A DNA stretch of 64,000 nucleotides from an uncultured Alphaproteobacteria bacterium. Its GTDB lineage: Bacteria > Pseudomonadota > Alphaproteobacteria > RF32 > CAG-239. Under the pieces are notes generated by a model that saw only the letters and a list, made by a program, of their open reading frames with translations, was not told where the DNA came from and ran no database searches. A program made the position numbers and the translations under genes. The DNA lies in the NCBI GenBank assembly GCA_944393205.1, contig CALXZI010000003.1, forward strand, positions 643 through 64,642, in the 5' to 3' direction. Of this stretch, positions 17,917-28,141 are shown piece after piece. Numbering within the stretch: position 1 is the stretch's first letter; each line of letters starts with the position of its first letter.

Positions 17917-19596
17917 CTAATATCCATAAGGTGTTTCGTCAGGTGAGGGTATGGCCTCAAGTAAATCTTCAAAACTGTATTTGTGCCGCCTTTGCTGGCG
18001 TTCTTCGTCCGTAACGCCGTCTTCATTCATTTTTCGCGCTTTCTTGTTGACCTCGCGAATAATCCGCTCCAACGCCGCCGGTTGGCTTGCTTTGGGCAGC
18101 GACAACGCGCCGGCCATATCCTCATAAAAACGTTCGCGGTCGTCATCGTCAAAATCAGATAAATCAATACCGTTGCGCACAAACATATTGTTAATCTTTA
18201 TTTTGTCGGTAGCCGGTATGTCTTCAAAATTAACGTAAGGCACGTCTTCTGCCACGTTCACCGTTCCAGCAAACTGATCACCGGCAAACAAACCGCGGAT
18301 TGCCACTTTTTTGGTCATGTCGTTAATAATCTGTTCTTGTTCACCGACTGTCAAAACGCGGCCTTTATCAGCCATTTGCGCCCGCATTTCCTCGTTTACC
18401 ATCCGGTTGAAGTTATATCTTTTCTCATAATCGCCGGAGGTTTGTTTGTATCCAAGCCGCTCAAAGGCCACTTTCATCAAGTCATCGGCAAATTTTACTT
18501 CCGGATTCGTTTTTGCCTTGCCGGTCGCGTCAATGATAATACTGTCTTGTGCCTGCACAAAAGCGCTCAAATCCTCACTGGAAAGCTCGCCGGCATATTC
18601 ATAAAGGTTGGCAGCCTTAAAACGTTCGGGGTGATTGCTATACATATCTTGCAAATAAGCGTATGTATGCACGTTTGTCGGCACATCATAGCCCTGCGAG
18701 GCATACATTTGCTTAACGGCTATGGCCTGCTGCTCTTTTTCGGAAAAACTGCCCATCATATTTTGCGGGACAGTTCCACCGGCCGCAATCATATCAAAAG
18801 CGGCGTTGATATTTGCCCGATGCTCAGCATCCAACACCGCCGCGCCGCGTAGCTCTTTAAGCTTCAAAGCGTTGTCTGCTTTTGTTTTCCAGCTTTTAAG
18901 TTCTTTTTCTTCCATGCCATAGGCATTTTTGGCAAGATTCAAGGCCAACGTTTCGGGGTCTGTAACCAGCAGATTGTCAAGACCGGCCAAAACCTTGCTA
19001 TGGTTATAATCGTTCAAAGCTGCGTCATATTCCAAAGGTGAAATCAGACCACCGTCCAAAGCGTGCCGCAAATCGTCTTCAACCCGGCCGTCCAGCACTT
19101 TAATATAGGCCTCATTTGCGCCAACCGTCTGTTTGGCTGATTCTTTAACGTTATTTAATACCGTGTCATGGCCGATTTTGTTCAAATCTTTGGCTATGTT
19201 AAAACGTAGATCAAGCAAATCTTTTTTATCGGCAAGCTCCACCCAGCTGTCATATTCTTTCTGAAACCTTGGATCAACGTCTTTATCATACTTTTTATTG
19301 ATGGCTTTAAGGCCTTTTTGGTATTCCTCTTCGCGGGCGCGCGGATTTTGATTAAGTTCAACCCGCCGTTTCATATCCTGCCGGTCAAGCTCGCGGTTGT
19401 CAAATTGTTGCTTCGTTTCATGATACGCCGCCTGATTATCGGCTTTTGCCGCCAGCTCAAGCGCCGTTTGGCCAAATTGATTTATCTGGCTGCTAAGCTC
19501 GGCCGCCGCGTCATACTGCTTGACATATCTCTGATTCGGATTAAGTGCGGTCGGGTTAGCGCGCACCTGTCTTTCGTATGTGTTGTTTAATGCCAT
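17917..19596 (-). CDS. Internal virion protein (gp15-like by position), hypothetical
   Basis: 559-aa charged helical protein between the gp14-like and gp16-like genes. No motif. Confidence 0.4.
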   Translation of the reverse strand: MALNNTYERQVRANPTALNPNQRYVKQYDAAAELSSQINQFGQTALELAAKADNQAAYHETKQQFDNRELDRQDMKRRVELNQNPRAREEEYQKGLKAINKKYDKDVDPRFQKEYDSWVELADKKDLLDLRFNIAKDLNKIGHDTVLNNVKESAKQTVGANEAYIKVLDGRVEDDLRHALDGGLISPLEYDAALNDYNHSKVLAGLDNLLVTDPETLALNLAKNAYGMEEKELKSWKTKADNALKLKELRGAAVLDAEHRANINAAFDMIAAGGTVPQNMMGSFSEKEQQAIAVKQMYASQGYDVPTNVHTYAYLQDMYSNHPERFKAANLYEYAGELSSEDLSAFVQAQDSIIIDATGKAKTNPEVKFADDLMKVAFERLGYKQTSGDYEKRYNFNRMVNEEMRAQMADKGRVLTVGEQEQIINDMTKKVAIRGLFAGDQFAGTVNVAEDVPYVNFEDIPATDKIKINNMFVRNGIDLSDFDDDDRERFYEDMAGALSLPKASQPAALERIIREVNKKARKMNEDGVTDEERQQRRHKYSFEDLLEAIPSPDETPYGY

Positions 19597-19608
19597 AGCT
19601 ATTACTCC

Positions 19609-20187
19609 CTATCTGCTTGGTTTCCTTGCCGGCGCTGATGTTGCCGGATTCCAGCCCGAACCTTGCCCGCTCATATTCTCAACACCCAGCAAATTCAAAA
19701 GCCCACCGCTGTTTGCCACGCTCAAACCGCTGCTCGCCCCGCTCAAAAGCGCATTGAGCCAGCTTGTTTTTTTAACCGATTTTGCGTTGGCCAAATACTG
19801 GCTGGCCTCGTTTCTTGCCTTTTGTGCTTCATACATTGTGGCAATATAGCGGCTGTGATTATTGTAGCGTTCCATTGCCTGATCTATTTCCGCGTCCATA
19901 TCCGAACGCAGCTGAACATCAATCAATGTTCCGCCGGTCAGGCCGCTTTGCGCGGTTGCCACTCGTTGCCGCGAAAGCTCAAGATTACGCTGCTTTCGGC
20001 TCATATCCTCATTATACGCATCTGCGTTAGCCTGCATTGCGGCATTTTTTTCATAAATATCAGCCTCGAGATTTTTAAGTGCTGCCTGCTGTTTGAGCTG
20101 GTTAACCGCGCTTTTTGATTGTGAAAGAGAGTTTGCCGCGCCAAGCGCTGCGCTTGCCGCCGCGAAAGCAAAAGCCGCCAAAACCAT
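19609..20187 (-). CDS. Internal virion protein (gp14-like by size/position), hypothetical
   Basis: 192 aa (T7 gp14 is 196 aa), N-terminal hydrophobic segment, follows the tail tubular B gene. Confidence 0.4.
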   Translation of the reverse strand: MVLAAFAFAAASAALGAANSLSQSKSAVNQLKQQAALKNLEADIYEKNAAMQANADAYNEDMSRKQRNLELSRQRVATAQSGLTGGTLIDVQLRSDMDAEIDQAMERYNNHSRYIATMYEAQKARNEASQYLANAKSVKKTSWLNALLSGASSGLSVANSGGLLNLLGVENMSGQGSGWNPATSAPARKPSR

Positions 20188-20197
20188 TTATAGCCTC

Positions 20198-22480
20198 CTA
20201 ATAAACTTCAAATTCAAATACGATTGCCTGCAAAGTAAACGGCAACGGGTAGGGTTGCACAAAAATAATCTGTTCCGTTTCCTGATAATCACCATTGAAA
20301 GGCGAAAGCTCAATATCACCCGAAAACAGCGGAATCGGGTCGTCAAGCTTATCACTGCCGGAGCGGCTTAAAATATCTTTCAGACTGTCCATTGTTTCGC
20401 CGCTTTGTCCGCCCATGGAATTATAAACCCTGAAACCTATCTGATTGACGCGTTTTTTCCGCGCGCGGGCGCTCGATTCCCCGTCCCCCTCAAGCGGTGT
20501 CGGAATAATAACGCCGGTATAGGGCAGGCCGACAATGGCAATTTTACTCGGGTTTTGCAGCGTAATTGTCCATTTGCCGTTTACAAGCTGCACTTCCTGC
20601 ATAGGCTCAATACCGCCCTCCGAAACAATACTGACCTCCCGGCCGGCCAGATGATCCAACCCGCTGTCAATAACTGAAAACGCCGTGTTACTTGTGTATA
20701 TGTTGCTGGCATCCAGATAGCAGGCCTCTTTTTGCACCTCCAACAGGGCATCAATACAATACTGCTTATATTCTTTTTCTGATGAGAAATCGGCAATCGT
20801 TTTGGAAAAATACCCCTGAAACGGATTTTGCAGAAATTCCACACCATAACTGTCTTGCTCCGCACCATTAACTATTTTTTTGCGCTTAACACAAAGTGCC
20901 AGATTCGCACTGTCGGCAGCAATGCTGACAATCTCGCCATCTGTTTTTAATCTATACCACGCAAGCCCCTCCTGCATCGGATTATAAAGGCAGCAGCTCA
21001 ACGCGCCGTTGCTTTTAAGACAATAAATCACATCAAACGGCTCTTTAATATGCACCATATCAACCACGCCCTCAACACTGATGTGTTTGGCATAGGTTTG
21101 GATTGTGTCGCTGTCATATTGATAGGTGTTTGCGTCATAGGCTAGCGTGTTGGCTGCTTTACCCGTAATGTCTATAAAAACAAATCTCTGTCCGATTCTC
21201 ACCGGCTGGATTCTCCGACAGCCATCGTGCGTTTGTTCAAAAGAGCGGCAATTCGTCACATAAAACAAATCGCTCGTGTTGCTTTCGCCGATGGCCACAA
21301 TATTAACATCTGTCCCACATATTAAATCTTTGGCGCTTTCCATCCAGCATATAGAGCCAACTGAAACGCCGCTTGAAACATTAAACCCAAAACCGGTTTG
21401 ATAGGTTATTGCGCCAAACTCTTTTTCGGCAAAGCTTTCAAAATCATCACTCCAGCTAAACCATACCCGGGAGCCGCGCGCCACACAAAGCCGCTCACGA
21501 TGAAAACATCCGCAAGTCGGGTAACCGTATTCTTCGCACCAACTGCCAAACTTCCATTTCCACGTTTTGCGCGATTCTCCAACCGCCGCATAAGGTATCG
21601 GCATCAAAACTTTAATCACGCAGCTTTTACCGTCCGCTGCCACCGATGTAATTTTGCCGATTCCATAACCGCAGTCTTCATAAATCCAGTTTAATTTACC
21701 GTCTGTCGCCGTTCCCTCGGTGTGTTTTGGCGTTGTATCGCCGGTTGTGCCGTCTGCTGCGGCTTTATATGTTTTGTAATTGCTGACAATTCTTTGGTCT
21801 TTTTTGACCTCTTTGCCCTCACTCCAGCTGTATATTTCATTAAAATTGATAGGTTCTATATAGAACAGGCCGCCAATATGTCCCGACTTGAAAATGGATT
21901 TTGTTGCCGTAACAACAACATTGTCACCGGTTTGCGCACTGGCATAAACTCTGTCATCCTGATTTTGATTCAAATCCTCAAAGCCGCCGTCCTCTTCATA
22001 ATCAACCTCCGCCCAGCTGAAAGAGCCGTTAGCATTGCGCTCCAGTCGCTGCACCGGATATTTTTTTTGCGTTTGGAAAATATAGACAACATCACCGGAT
22101 TGTTCCGATTTTAAGGCCGGCTGTCCATTGCTATCAAACAAATCGGCCAAAACATACGGCGTAACCAGCTCAAGCGGATTTTGCGCCGAATCTCTTAACA
22201 ATTTTCCGTCACGGTAAAAACGCACATATCGGTTGCCAAATTCCAAAATATAAACATCCGTGTCGTTATAGGCAAAGCGCAACAATAAAACTTTGGAATT
22301 GTTTTTTGTCGCCGCTGAATAGTTCATGCCGCCGCGGTAATATGCAGCGCCTTGAATTGTCAGCATCATATTGTCGCATACTTTGCAGCCGCTGTTTACC
22401 TTGGCAATATCATCCCTGCCGTATAAATCGGGGCTTATTTCACCGGCGTTAAAAGCGCGCAAAACCCTTTTTTGCACCAT
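20198..22480 (-). CDS. Tail tubular protein B (T7 gp12-like)
   Basis: 760 aa (gp12 is 794 aa). N-terminal NAGEISPDLYGRDDI resembles gp12 KGGISQQPDILRYPDQ. Position after the gp11-like gene. Confidence 0.5.
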   Translation of the reverse strand: MVQKRVLRAFNAGEISPDLYGRDDIAKVNSGCKVCDNMMLTIQGAAYYRGGMNYSAATKNNSKVLLLRFAYNDTDVYILEFGNRYVRFYRDGKLLRDSAQNPLELVTPYVLADLFDSNGQPALKSEQSGDVVYIFQTQKKYPVQRLERNANGSFSWAEVDYEEDGGFEDLNQNQDDRVYASAQTGDNVVVTATKSIFKSGHIGGLFYIEPINFNEIYSWSEGKEVKKDQRIVSNYKTYKAAADGTTGDTTPKHTEGTATDGKLNWIYEDCGYGIGKITSVAADGKSCVIKVLMPIPYAAVGESRKTWKWKFGSWCEEYGYPTCGCFHRERLCVARGSRVWFSWSDDFESFAEKEFGAITYQTGFGFNVSSGVSVGSICWMESAKDLICGTDVNIVAIGESNTSDLFYVTNCRSFEQTHDGCRRIQPVRIGQRFVFIDITGKAANTLAYDANTYQYDSDTIQTYAKHISVEGVVDMVHIKEPFDVIYCLKSNGALSCCLYNPMQEGLAWYRLKTDGEIVSIAADSANLALCVKRKKIVNGAEQDSYGVEFLQNPFQGYFSKTIADFSSEKEYKQYCIDALLEVQKEACYLDASNIYTSNTAFSVIDSGLDHLAGREVSIVSEGGIEPMQEVQLVNGKWTITLQNPSKIAIVGLPYTGVIIPTPLEGDGESSARARKKRVNQIGFRVYNSMGGQSGETMDSLKDILSRSGSDKLDDPIPLFSGDIELSPFNGDYQETEQIIFVQPYPLPFTLQAIVFEFEVY

Positions 22481-23121
22481 TATTCAACCCTCCATTCATC
22501 AATAATCCGGCCGCGCAACCAGTTCCCTGTCGGTTTTGGCCGCAAAGGAATCTCAAGTGCGTTGCAGCGCAGGGCATCATCAAGCGCGTCTTGGCGCTGC
22601 CGCCGCAGCATATCTTCCGCGCTGCTGCTCTGCTTAATCCGTTCGCAGCATTTAATTGCCAAATCCAAAGACAAGACATTGCAAAAACAGGCATCATAGC
22701 TTGATACATCTTCATTGCGGTATTTGTATTCAATAATAAGCGGCGGTTTGTATCGCGTATAAATTTTATCACCGCGGATTTTGTAAAACGGATTGTAGGA
22801 TTCTGTCAGCTCAACGCCTGAATATCCTGTAAATCTGTCATTAAGTGATATAATACCCAGACAATCAGACGGCACTTGATATATATACTTATACTCGCGG
22901 TATAGCATATTATCGCTTTCTTCAATAAAAGCCGCCGTATCACGCTTAATGCAGCAGTTCCAGCTGTAAGAGCGTATCAAAACATCACGCACCAGACGAT
23001 AAGCCGCCTGCATTTCTTCCGCCGCATTTGTTTTATCGGTTGCGGATATGTTGCGCTTGCCGCCCAAAGCACGGATTGCCGCGTTGATAATGTCCAAATC
23101 TGTTGTGCAGGTTGCCACCAT
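22480..23121 (-). CDS. Tail tubular protein A (gp11-like by size/position)
   Basis: 213 aa, immediately upstream of and overlapping the tubular B gene. Confidence 0.4.
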   Translation of the reverse strand: MVATCTTDLDIINAAIRALGGKRNISATDKTNAAEEMQAAYRLVRDVLIRSYSWNCCIKRDTAAFIEESDNMLYREYKYIYQVPSDCLGIISLNDRFTGYSGVELTESYNPFYKIRGDKIYTRYKPPLIIEYKYRNEDVSSYDACFCNVLSLDLAIKCCERIKQSSSAEDMLRRQRQDALDDALRCNALEIPLRPKPTGNWLRGRIIDEWRVE

Positions 23122-23165
23122 GTTATTTTTCCTTAAATAAAAAGAGGGGCAAAAGCCCCTCTTGT

Positions 23166-23552
23166 TTAGTTGTCAGTCTTTTCTCCATCGGGTTTGCTGT
23201 CCCCGTTGGGTTCACTGCCATTCGGATTATTAGCACTGTCCGTAACAGCCTCAAGCTTGGCCGGGTCGCCATTCGGTTTTGCCGCATTAGCTTCCGCTTC
23301 GGCAATTTCCGCCAAAAGCTTGTCAATACCCTTGGTATGCCAGTTCGCAATTTTCAGCTCCTTGGCACGCACACGAACGGCGGCATCCTCAAAGTTACCG
23401 CCAGTCTGTGTAGCCGGTGCAGCTTTGGCTTTGCTGCCGTCCGCACGTTCAAAGTTATCGTTATCGTCCAGCGCTACAGCCTCCAGCTCTTCCCCTTTAC
23501 GATAAAATCTAAAATTATAGACTGTATCGTTTTTTGCTCTGTATTTTACCAT
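23166..23552 (-). CDS. Hypothetical structural-module protein
   Basis: 128-aa ORF in an operon with capsid and tail genes. The antisense ORF is low-complexity and was rejected. Confidence 0.4.
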   Translation of the reverse strand: MVKYRAKNDTVYNFRFYRKGEELEAVALDDNDNFERADGSKAKAAPATQTGGNFEDAAVRVRAKELKIANWHTKGIDKLLAEIAEAEANAAKPNGDPAKLEAVTDSANNPNGSEPNGDSKPDGEKTDN

Positions 23553-23555
23553 TTT

Positions 23556-23936
23556 TTACCCCACTACAAACGGAATAACCTTAATTTTGCCACTGATAGC
23601 AGAATCAGAACTTGCAAAAGCAACCTTGGCAAAATCCTTGACATAAGACGGAAAACCGATTTCCGCAATCGTTTCACCCTCGGCAAAACTCTGTGCTTCA
23701 TCAAAAGTTCGTGTGTGTGAAGACAAAGAGCTGTAACTACCCTCAAGCGTATCGCATTCGGTTGCCGTCAGGGTAACGGTTTTTTCGGCAGCAATACTGC
23801 AACCGCCCTCACCGGCAACGCAAAGGGCATAAACGTGTCCCAGCGCACCGCCGACCTTGATGCCGCGGGTCGCCGCAACGCTTGCCGCAGCGGCCGCTTC
23901 ATCAATAAAATTTTCTTTATAAAATCCGATATTCAT
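23556..23936 (-). CDS. Hypothetical structural-module protein (possible minor capsid/decoration protein)
   Basis: 126 aa, directly downstream of the capsid gene. Confidence 0.4.
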   Translation of the reverse strand: MNIGFYKENFIDEAAAAASVAATRGIKVGGALGHVYALCVAGEGGCSIAAEKTVTLTATECDTLEGSYSSLSSHTRTFDEAQSFAEGETIAEIGFPSYVKDFAKVAFASSDSAISGKIKVIPFVVG

Positions 23937-23998
23937 ATTTTTAATCCTCTCTTAAAAAAGTGAAAGAAAGAGCCGTTTTTTTAAGACGGCTCTGTATT

Positions 23999-24988
23999 TT
24001 AAGCCGTCCACGGCATTGTGTATCTGGATTCCGTGCCGCGCGCCTGCGTATTTGTGCCGACAACGGGGATTCCGTTCCACTCTTCAACTACGTTTCTGAT
24101 TTTGTCATCGGCATAAACCGTGCGCAGTTTTTCATACTTAAACTGGCCGATTTTAGTCTTCATGCCGCGGTTCATAACCAAAACCGTGTCGGAGCTGTCG
24201 GCATCAATACGGTCAAGCAGGTCGTCAATCATATCGGCCGTAACATTTTTGCTGTTGTCCGGGTCAATATTGACAATCAAGCCCAAGCTGTCGGGACGCG
24301 CCACCTGATAGCCTAAAAAGGCTTTCCAGGTTGCCTCATATCCGATTTTGCCGGCGTGTTCACCGCTTGAAATTACATGACGTTCGCCGCCGTTAAGCCA
24401 TTCCATAAACATAAGCTCGTTTTTGTTTTCACCGATCGGACTGACAAGGCCGCAGTTTTCCTCCTTGTTTTGACGAATAGCCATAATGGAAAAGTTGGTA
24501 TTTCCCGTTCCGCCGGCATCAATAATGGTTCTTTTGGTCTTGTCGGCGGCAATCAGTTTGTTATAGGCAAAACATTTTCTATACAGATTGTTATAGATAA
24601 AGTTGCGTTCTGTTGCCTTGCCCGCATCGTTTAAGATAATCGGCGTGCGCTTGGCAAAATACAGTTCTGCCGCTTTGCCGCTGTCCGTGGTGTCGTTGGC
24701 GATGATAAGTGCGCGCTCTTCGCTGATGGACATCTGGCCGGCCAAAACGCCAAGGCGTTCCTGCTTCATAATGGTTTCAATATCCATTTCAACGTTAGGC
24801 GCGTCAAATTCGCGGAAAGAAGCGCCGCTAACGCCGGACACCTCTTCATACTGGTTCATAATGCCGTGAGTTGAGGTCATGAACGGAACTGTCTGCATAA
24901 ACTTCAATTCTTTCATGAAGCTGTTGACAAGTTTCTGCTGTATTTTACTGTAACTCAAGGCTACTTGCTGTAACGTGTCGTTATTCAT
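23999..24988 (-). CDS. Major capsid protein (by size/position)
   Basis: 329 aa after a scaffold-like gene. Strong RBS-like aggagg context upstream. T7-like gene order. Confidence 0.5.
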   Translation of the reverse strand: MNNDTLQQVALSYSKIQQKLVNSFMKELKFMQTVPFMTSTHGIMNQYEEVSGVSGASFREFDAPNVEMDIETIMKQERLGVLAGQMSISEERALIIANDTTDSGKAAELYFAKRTPIILNDAGKATERNFIYNNLYRKCFAYNKLIAADKTKRTIIDAGGTGNTNFSIMAIRQNKEENCGLVSPIGENKNELMFMEWLNGGERHVISSGEHAGKIGYEATWKAFLGYQVARPDSLGLIVNIDPDNSKNVTADMIDDLLDRIDADSSDTVLVMNRGMKTKIGQFKYEKLRTVYADDKIRNVVEEWNGIPVVGTNTQARGTESRYTMPWTA

Positions 24989-25048
24989 ATTTTTTCCCTT
25001 TAATAAAAAAGGAGGCGTAATTGCCTCCTATCGTTAAAAAACTACATT

Positions 25049-25711
25049 TCAGCCTCTTTTGCCCGAAATATAGTCCAGAAGACTCCCCCCATCTTCGCTG
25101 TCGCCGCCAGACACACCGCTATGGTCGGTCTGCGTTTTGCCGAGCAGCATCATTATGGAAAGCGCCGCCTCCATTCCGATTGATTCGGAAATTCCCCTCA
25201 AATTGTCCTGATTAAGTTTCATCAGGGACATTCCTTTATTCACAAGGCTTTCGTTTTCTTTTTTGCTTTCGCCCCAACCGGCAACAACTTTGTTGTAATT
25301 GTCGGTAAATGCCTGTTTTCTTTCCTGTTCGTCCGCCGCCATTATCTCTGAAATGTTTTTAACAACGGCATTTGCGGCAATCGGGTCAAGCTGGCATTTA
25401 TGAATAAAGCTCATAATACTTTTTTGGTCGTCCGTTTCCATCGGCAGCCCGTAACCGCTGGCATCATCAGGATAACCGCAGCTTTTGCGAAAAGCCAAAA
25501 CTGCAGCCGTATCATCAGCCGCCGGATAAACTAAACCCCCGACATTATCTTTATTGTCGGGGGTTTGTTTTGTTTCGTTTCCGGTATCGGGTGGCGTTGT
25601 CTGTCCCGTGCTTTCCGGTGGTGTTGTGCCGGCCGGCGGTGTTGACGGATTCCCGGTGTCTGCCGGTGGCGTTGTGCCTCCGGCGTTTTCAATACTATTT
25701 TGTTTTTCCAT
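25049..25711 (-). CDS. Scaffolding protein (by position), Pro/Thr-rich N-terminus
   Basis: 220-aa acidic protein between portal and capsid. TPP repeat segment. Confidence 0.4.
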   Translation of the reverse strand: MEKQNSIENAGGTTPPADTGNPSTPPAGTTPPESTGQTTPPDTGNETKQTPDNKDNVGGLVYPAADDTAAVLAFRKSCGYPDDASGYGLPMETDDQKSIMSFIHKCQLDPIAANAVVKNISEIMAADEQERKQAFTDNYNKVVAGWGESKKENESLVNKGMSLMKLNQDNLRGISESIGMEAALSIMMLLGKTQTDHSGVSGGDSEDGGSLLDYISGKRG

Positions 25712-25712
25712 A

Positions 25713-25976
25713 TCAAACTCCTAAATATTGTTTCACAATCTGCGCTGTCGGCGTATTGATAAAATAGTCAATACGATCCATAACCGTAGCGCGGCCGGTT
25801 GCCACCATCACCTTGTTTATATCAAGGTTTGGTGTTTTTCCGCTCATATCTGTTGGTATAGATAAAGCGCAAAAATTTCTCAAATCCTCCATGACGACTT
25901 TGTTTTGCGCCAAAAGTTCATAAGCTTTTTTCAGCTGCTCCACCGCAATTTGTATTTCTTCTTTTTTATCCGCCAT
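25713..25976 (-). CDS. Hypothetical small protein
   Basis: 87 aa, coupled between the portal and scaffold genes. Confidence 0.35.
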   Translation of the reverse strand: MADKKEEIQIAVEQLKKAYELLAQNKVVMEDLRNFCALSIPTDMSGKTPNLDINKVMVATGRATVMDRIDYFINTPTAQIVKQYLGV

Positions 25977-25977
25977 G

Positions 25978-27693
25978 TTAATAGCTCCCGCTTGCTAATC
26001 TGTTATCATATCTTGCGGCCATATTGCCGGCAACATCCGCCGCCGAACTGTCTATTGCCGCTTGCGCCGCCTGTTGCTCAAGTGCATCCTGTGCTTCCGA
26101 TAATTTTTCGTATTCGTCCTCGTCCTGCAGGTGGTCGGCCGGCATCCCGTTGGCACTGGCCAAAGTCGTCAGGCATTTATAGCTTTTGAACGCCAGCGGT
26201 ATATGTCGGTCAAAGTTTGACAAGGCCGTGGCGGCCTGTATCGTGGTTGCAATGCCGTTTGCCTTAATCAACTCTTGCGCCTTGTGCTGCTCACCCTCAT
26301 ATTGAATAGCCGCAAAAGGCTGATCGGCATCCATAAGCGCTTTCAACTCTTCCGGCATATTTTCCGGCAATCTGCCCTGCCGCTTCATAATATCCAGCTC
26401 GCGCGCGACCATCGGGTCAAGCAGCTCATTTTCAATCGGGAAAACGTTAATTGACATAAGCATTGCCCGTTCCATTGCCCGTTGGTTTATTTCCGTGGCC
26501 GTCATTTTGCCGTCTTGGTAATACATCAAATACAGCGGCACAAGATAAAAGTCTTCAATACCCTTGGCAATCAGCTCTTCCATTTCAGCGCCAAGCCGTG
26601 TATTATCGCCGGTCAATAAAGGTTTAAGCATTTCGCGCCCCTCGGCATCAAGCGTTCCGGCCATAATGGCACCGGCCACCGGCATTAAACCACCAAAAGC
26701 GGCATCATTACGCGCCAAAAGCGGCGGATCAACTGCTTTTTCCGCACTTTCAATCGTTGATTTGCGCACTCTTTGCAGCATTTTAATATCCGGCAACGCC
26801 TCCAAAGATGGCGAATTTGAATAAATATCATAATCAAGCTCCTGATAGCGCGTAAACATATACGGGCAGGTGAAAAAAAAGTTATGATCAAGCACCGCCG
26901 GCCGGCTCATATCGTTTAGGATAAGATAGGATTTATACCGAAATTTTGTGATTTTTTCCGTTCCATCCGCGGCAATGGTTTTGATTTTGGCTGCTTCCAC
27001 CTCTTCACGGCTAAGCTTGCAGACAATATGCACCAGATTAAGCGGCGTAAACTTATTGGCTTTCACTCTGTCCCAAACCTCCGAGGGAATAACCTTTTCA
27101 GGGTCAATACCGCGGCCGCGCAGGTCTTCGCACACTTCCCATGCCGATTTCACCATTTTGCGAAAACAGGTTTTGATTGTGCCGTTGTTGTATAATACCG
27201 GATAAAAATCTTTAATATTAACCGATTCATAGGTTGCGCCGTCTCCGTCTTTGTCTTCGTCAACAAACATCACGCCGAGGCCGAGCTTGCCATAACCGCG
27301 CCAAGTTTTGATAATAGCCTTGTTAAATCCGGCATTCGGCCGATAGCGCATTTCAAATATGCTATCAGTCAATCTTTCCAGCCAACCGGTTATATTTTGC
27401 TTGTCTTTAAGGTTGTTAAGCGGCGCGGCGAAACGATGCCACCGCTGGTTCGGCGGCGTAACAGTAGACTGCAGCGCGGCCACAAATTTAGGCAGCGCCC
27501 GCTGTGCCGTGGTTGCATAAATGCGCTCATTCCAAACCCTTTTGGCGGTATATTTTTTGGTAATAAAGGCGTTTGCCGGATCTATCATTTCCATGATTGT
27601 CTGCCATACAGACTCCAGCGGCCGGCGGTTATTCTCCAGATTGCCCAAATCTTTAAGAAAATTCCTTGCCTGCTCTTCGCTTATTTCAAACAT
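25978..27693 (-). CDS. Portal protein (by size/position)
   Basis: 571 aa, downstream of terminase and the small virion protein genes, upstream of scaffold/capsid. Confidence 0.5.
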   Translation of the reverse strand: MFEISEEQARNFLKDLGNLENNRRPLESVWQTIMEMIDPANAFITKKYTAKRVWNERIYATTAQRALPKFVAALQSTVTPPNQRWHRFAAPLNNLKDKQNITGWLERLTDSIFEMRYRPNAGFNKAIIKTWRGYGKLGLGVMFVDEDKDGDGATYESVNIKDFYPVLYNNGTIKTCFRKMVKSAWEVCEDLRGRGIDPEKVIPSEVWDRVKANKFTPLNLVHIVCKLSREEVEAAKIKTIAADGTEKITKFRYKSYLILNDMSRPAVLDHNFFFTCPYMFTRYQELDYDIYSNSPSLEALPDIKMLQRVRKSTIESAEKAVDPPLLARNDAAFGGLMPVAGAIMAGTLDAEGREMLKPLLTGDNTRLGAEMEELIAKGIEDFYLVPLYLMYYQDGKMTATEINQRAMERAMLMSINVFPIENELLDPMVARELDIMKRQGRLPENMPEELKALMDADQPFAAIQYEGEQHKAQELIKANGIATTIQAATALSNFDRHIPLAFKSYKCLTTLASANGMPADHLQDEDEYEKLSEAQDALEQQAAQAAIDSSAADVAGNMAARYDNRLASGSY

Positions 27694-27708
27694 AAAAACC
27701 CTCCCAAA

Positions 27709-28137
27709 CTACACGCCCAAAGTGGTTTGTTGCCCCAAAACACTCTGATTACCCTGCAGCGGCGCGCCACGCTTACGGCGGCGGTTGCGCAAATCGTTGA
27801 TATAAACAGCCAAATCGTCATTGTTTTCGCTGGTTGCCGGTGCGGCCGATGTATTGTTAACCGCGGCCGGGCGGGTTGAATTGCTGTTTGTTGCCACCGG
27901 TTTTTCGCTTGTTGCCGGCGAATTTGTGGTGCTATTGACTTTCTCGGTCGTCCGGCCGCTGTCGGTAACCGCCGAGGCATTGGCCAAAGCCTGCTGCTGT
28001 TCCTGTTTTTTCTTGGCCTCCGCAGCCTGTTGCTCCTGCTGTGCCTTTGCCGCAGCCGCTGCGGCGGCCGCCTGCTGCTGTTCCCGCCGCCTCCGCCGTT
28101 GTTGACTTAAAATATTTCTTATAAAAATACCCGCCAT
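27709..28137 (-). CDS. Small virion-associated(?) protein with Q/A-rich low-complexity region; paralog of the next gene
   Basis: C-terminus YINDLRNRRRKRGAPLQGNQSVLGQQTTLGV parallels the C-terminus of 28142-28516. The ORF extends to 28260; start assigned to the internal Met. Confidence 0.4.
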   Translation of the reverse strand: MAGIFIRNILSQQRRRRREQQQAAAAAAAAKAQQEQQAAEAKKKQEQQQALANASAVTDSGRTTEKVNSTTNSPATSEKPVATNSNSTRPAAVNNTSAAPATSENNDDLAVYINDLRNRRRKRGAPLQGNQSVLGQQTTLGV

Positions 28138-28141
28138 TGTT

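Noticed and set aside
23170-23505. + strand 111-aa Ser/Ala/Leu-rich ORF antisense to 23166-23552
   Set aside because: Low-complexity composition. The sense-strand ORF fits the structural operon and has coupled neighbours.
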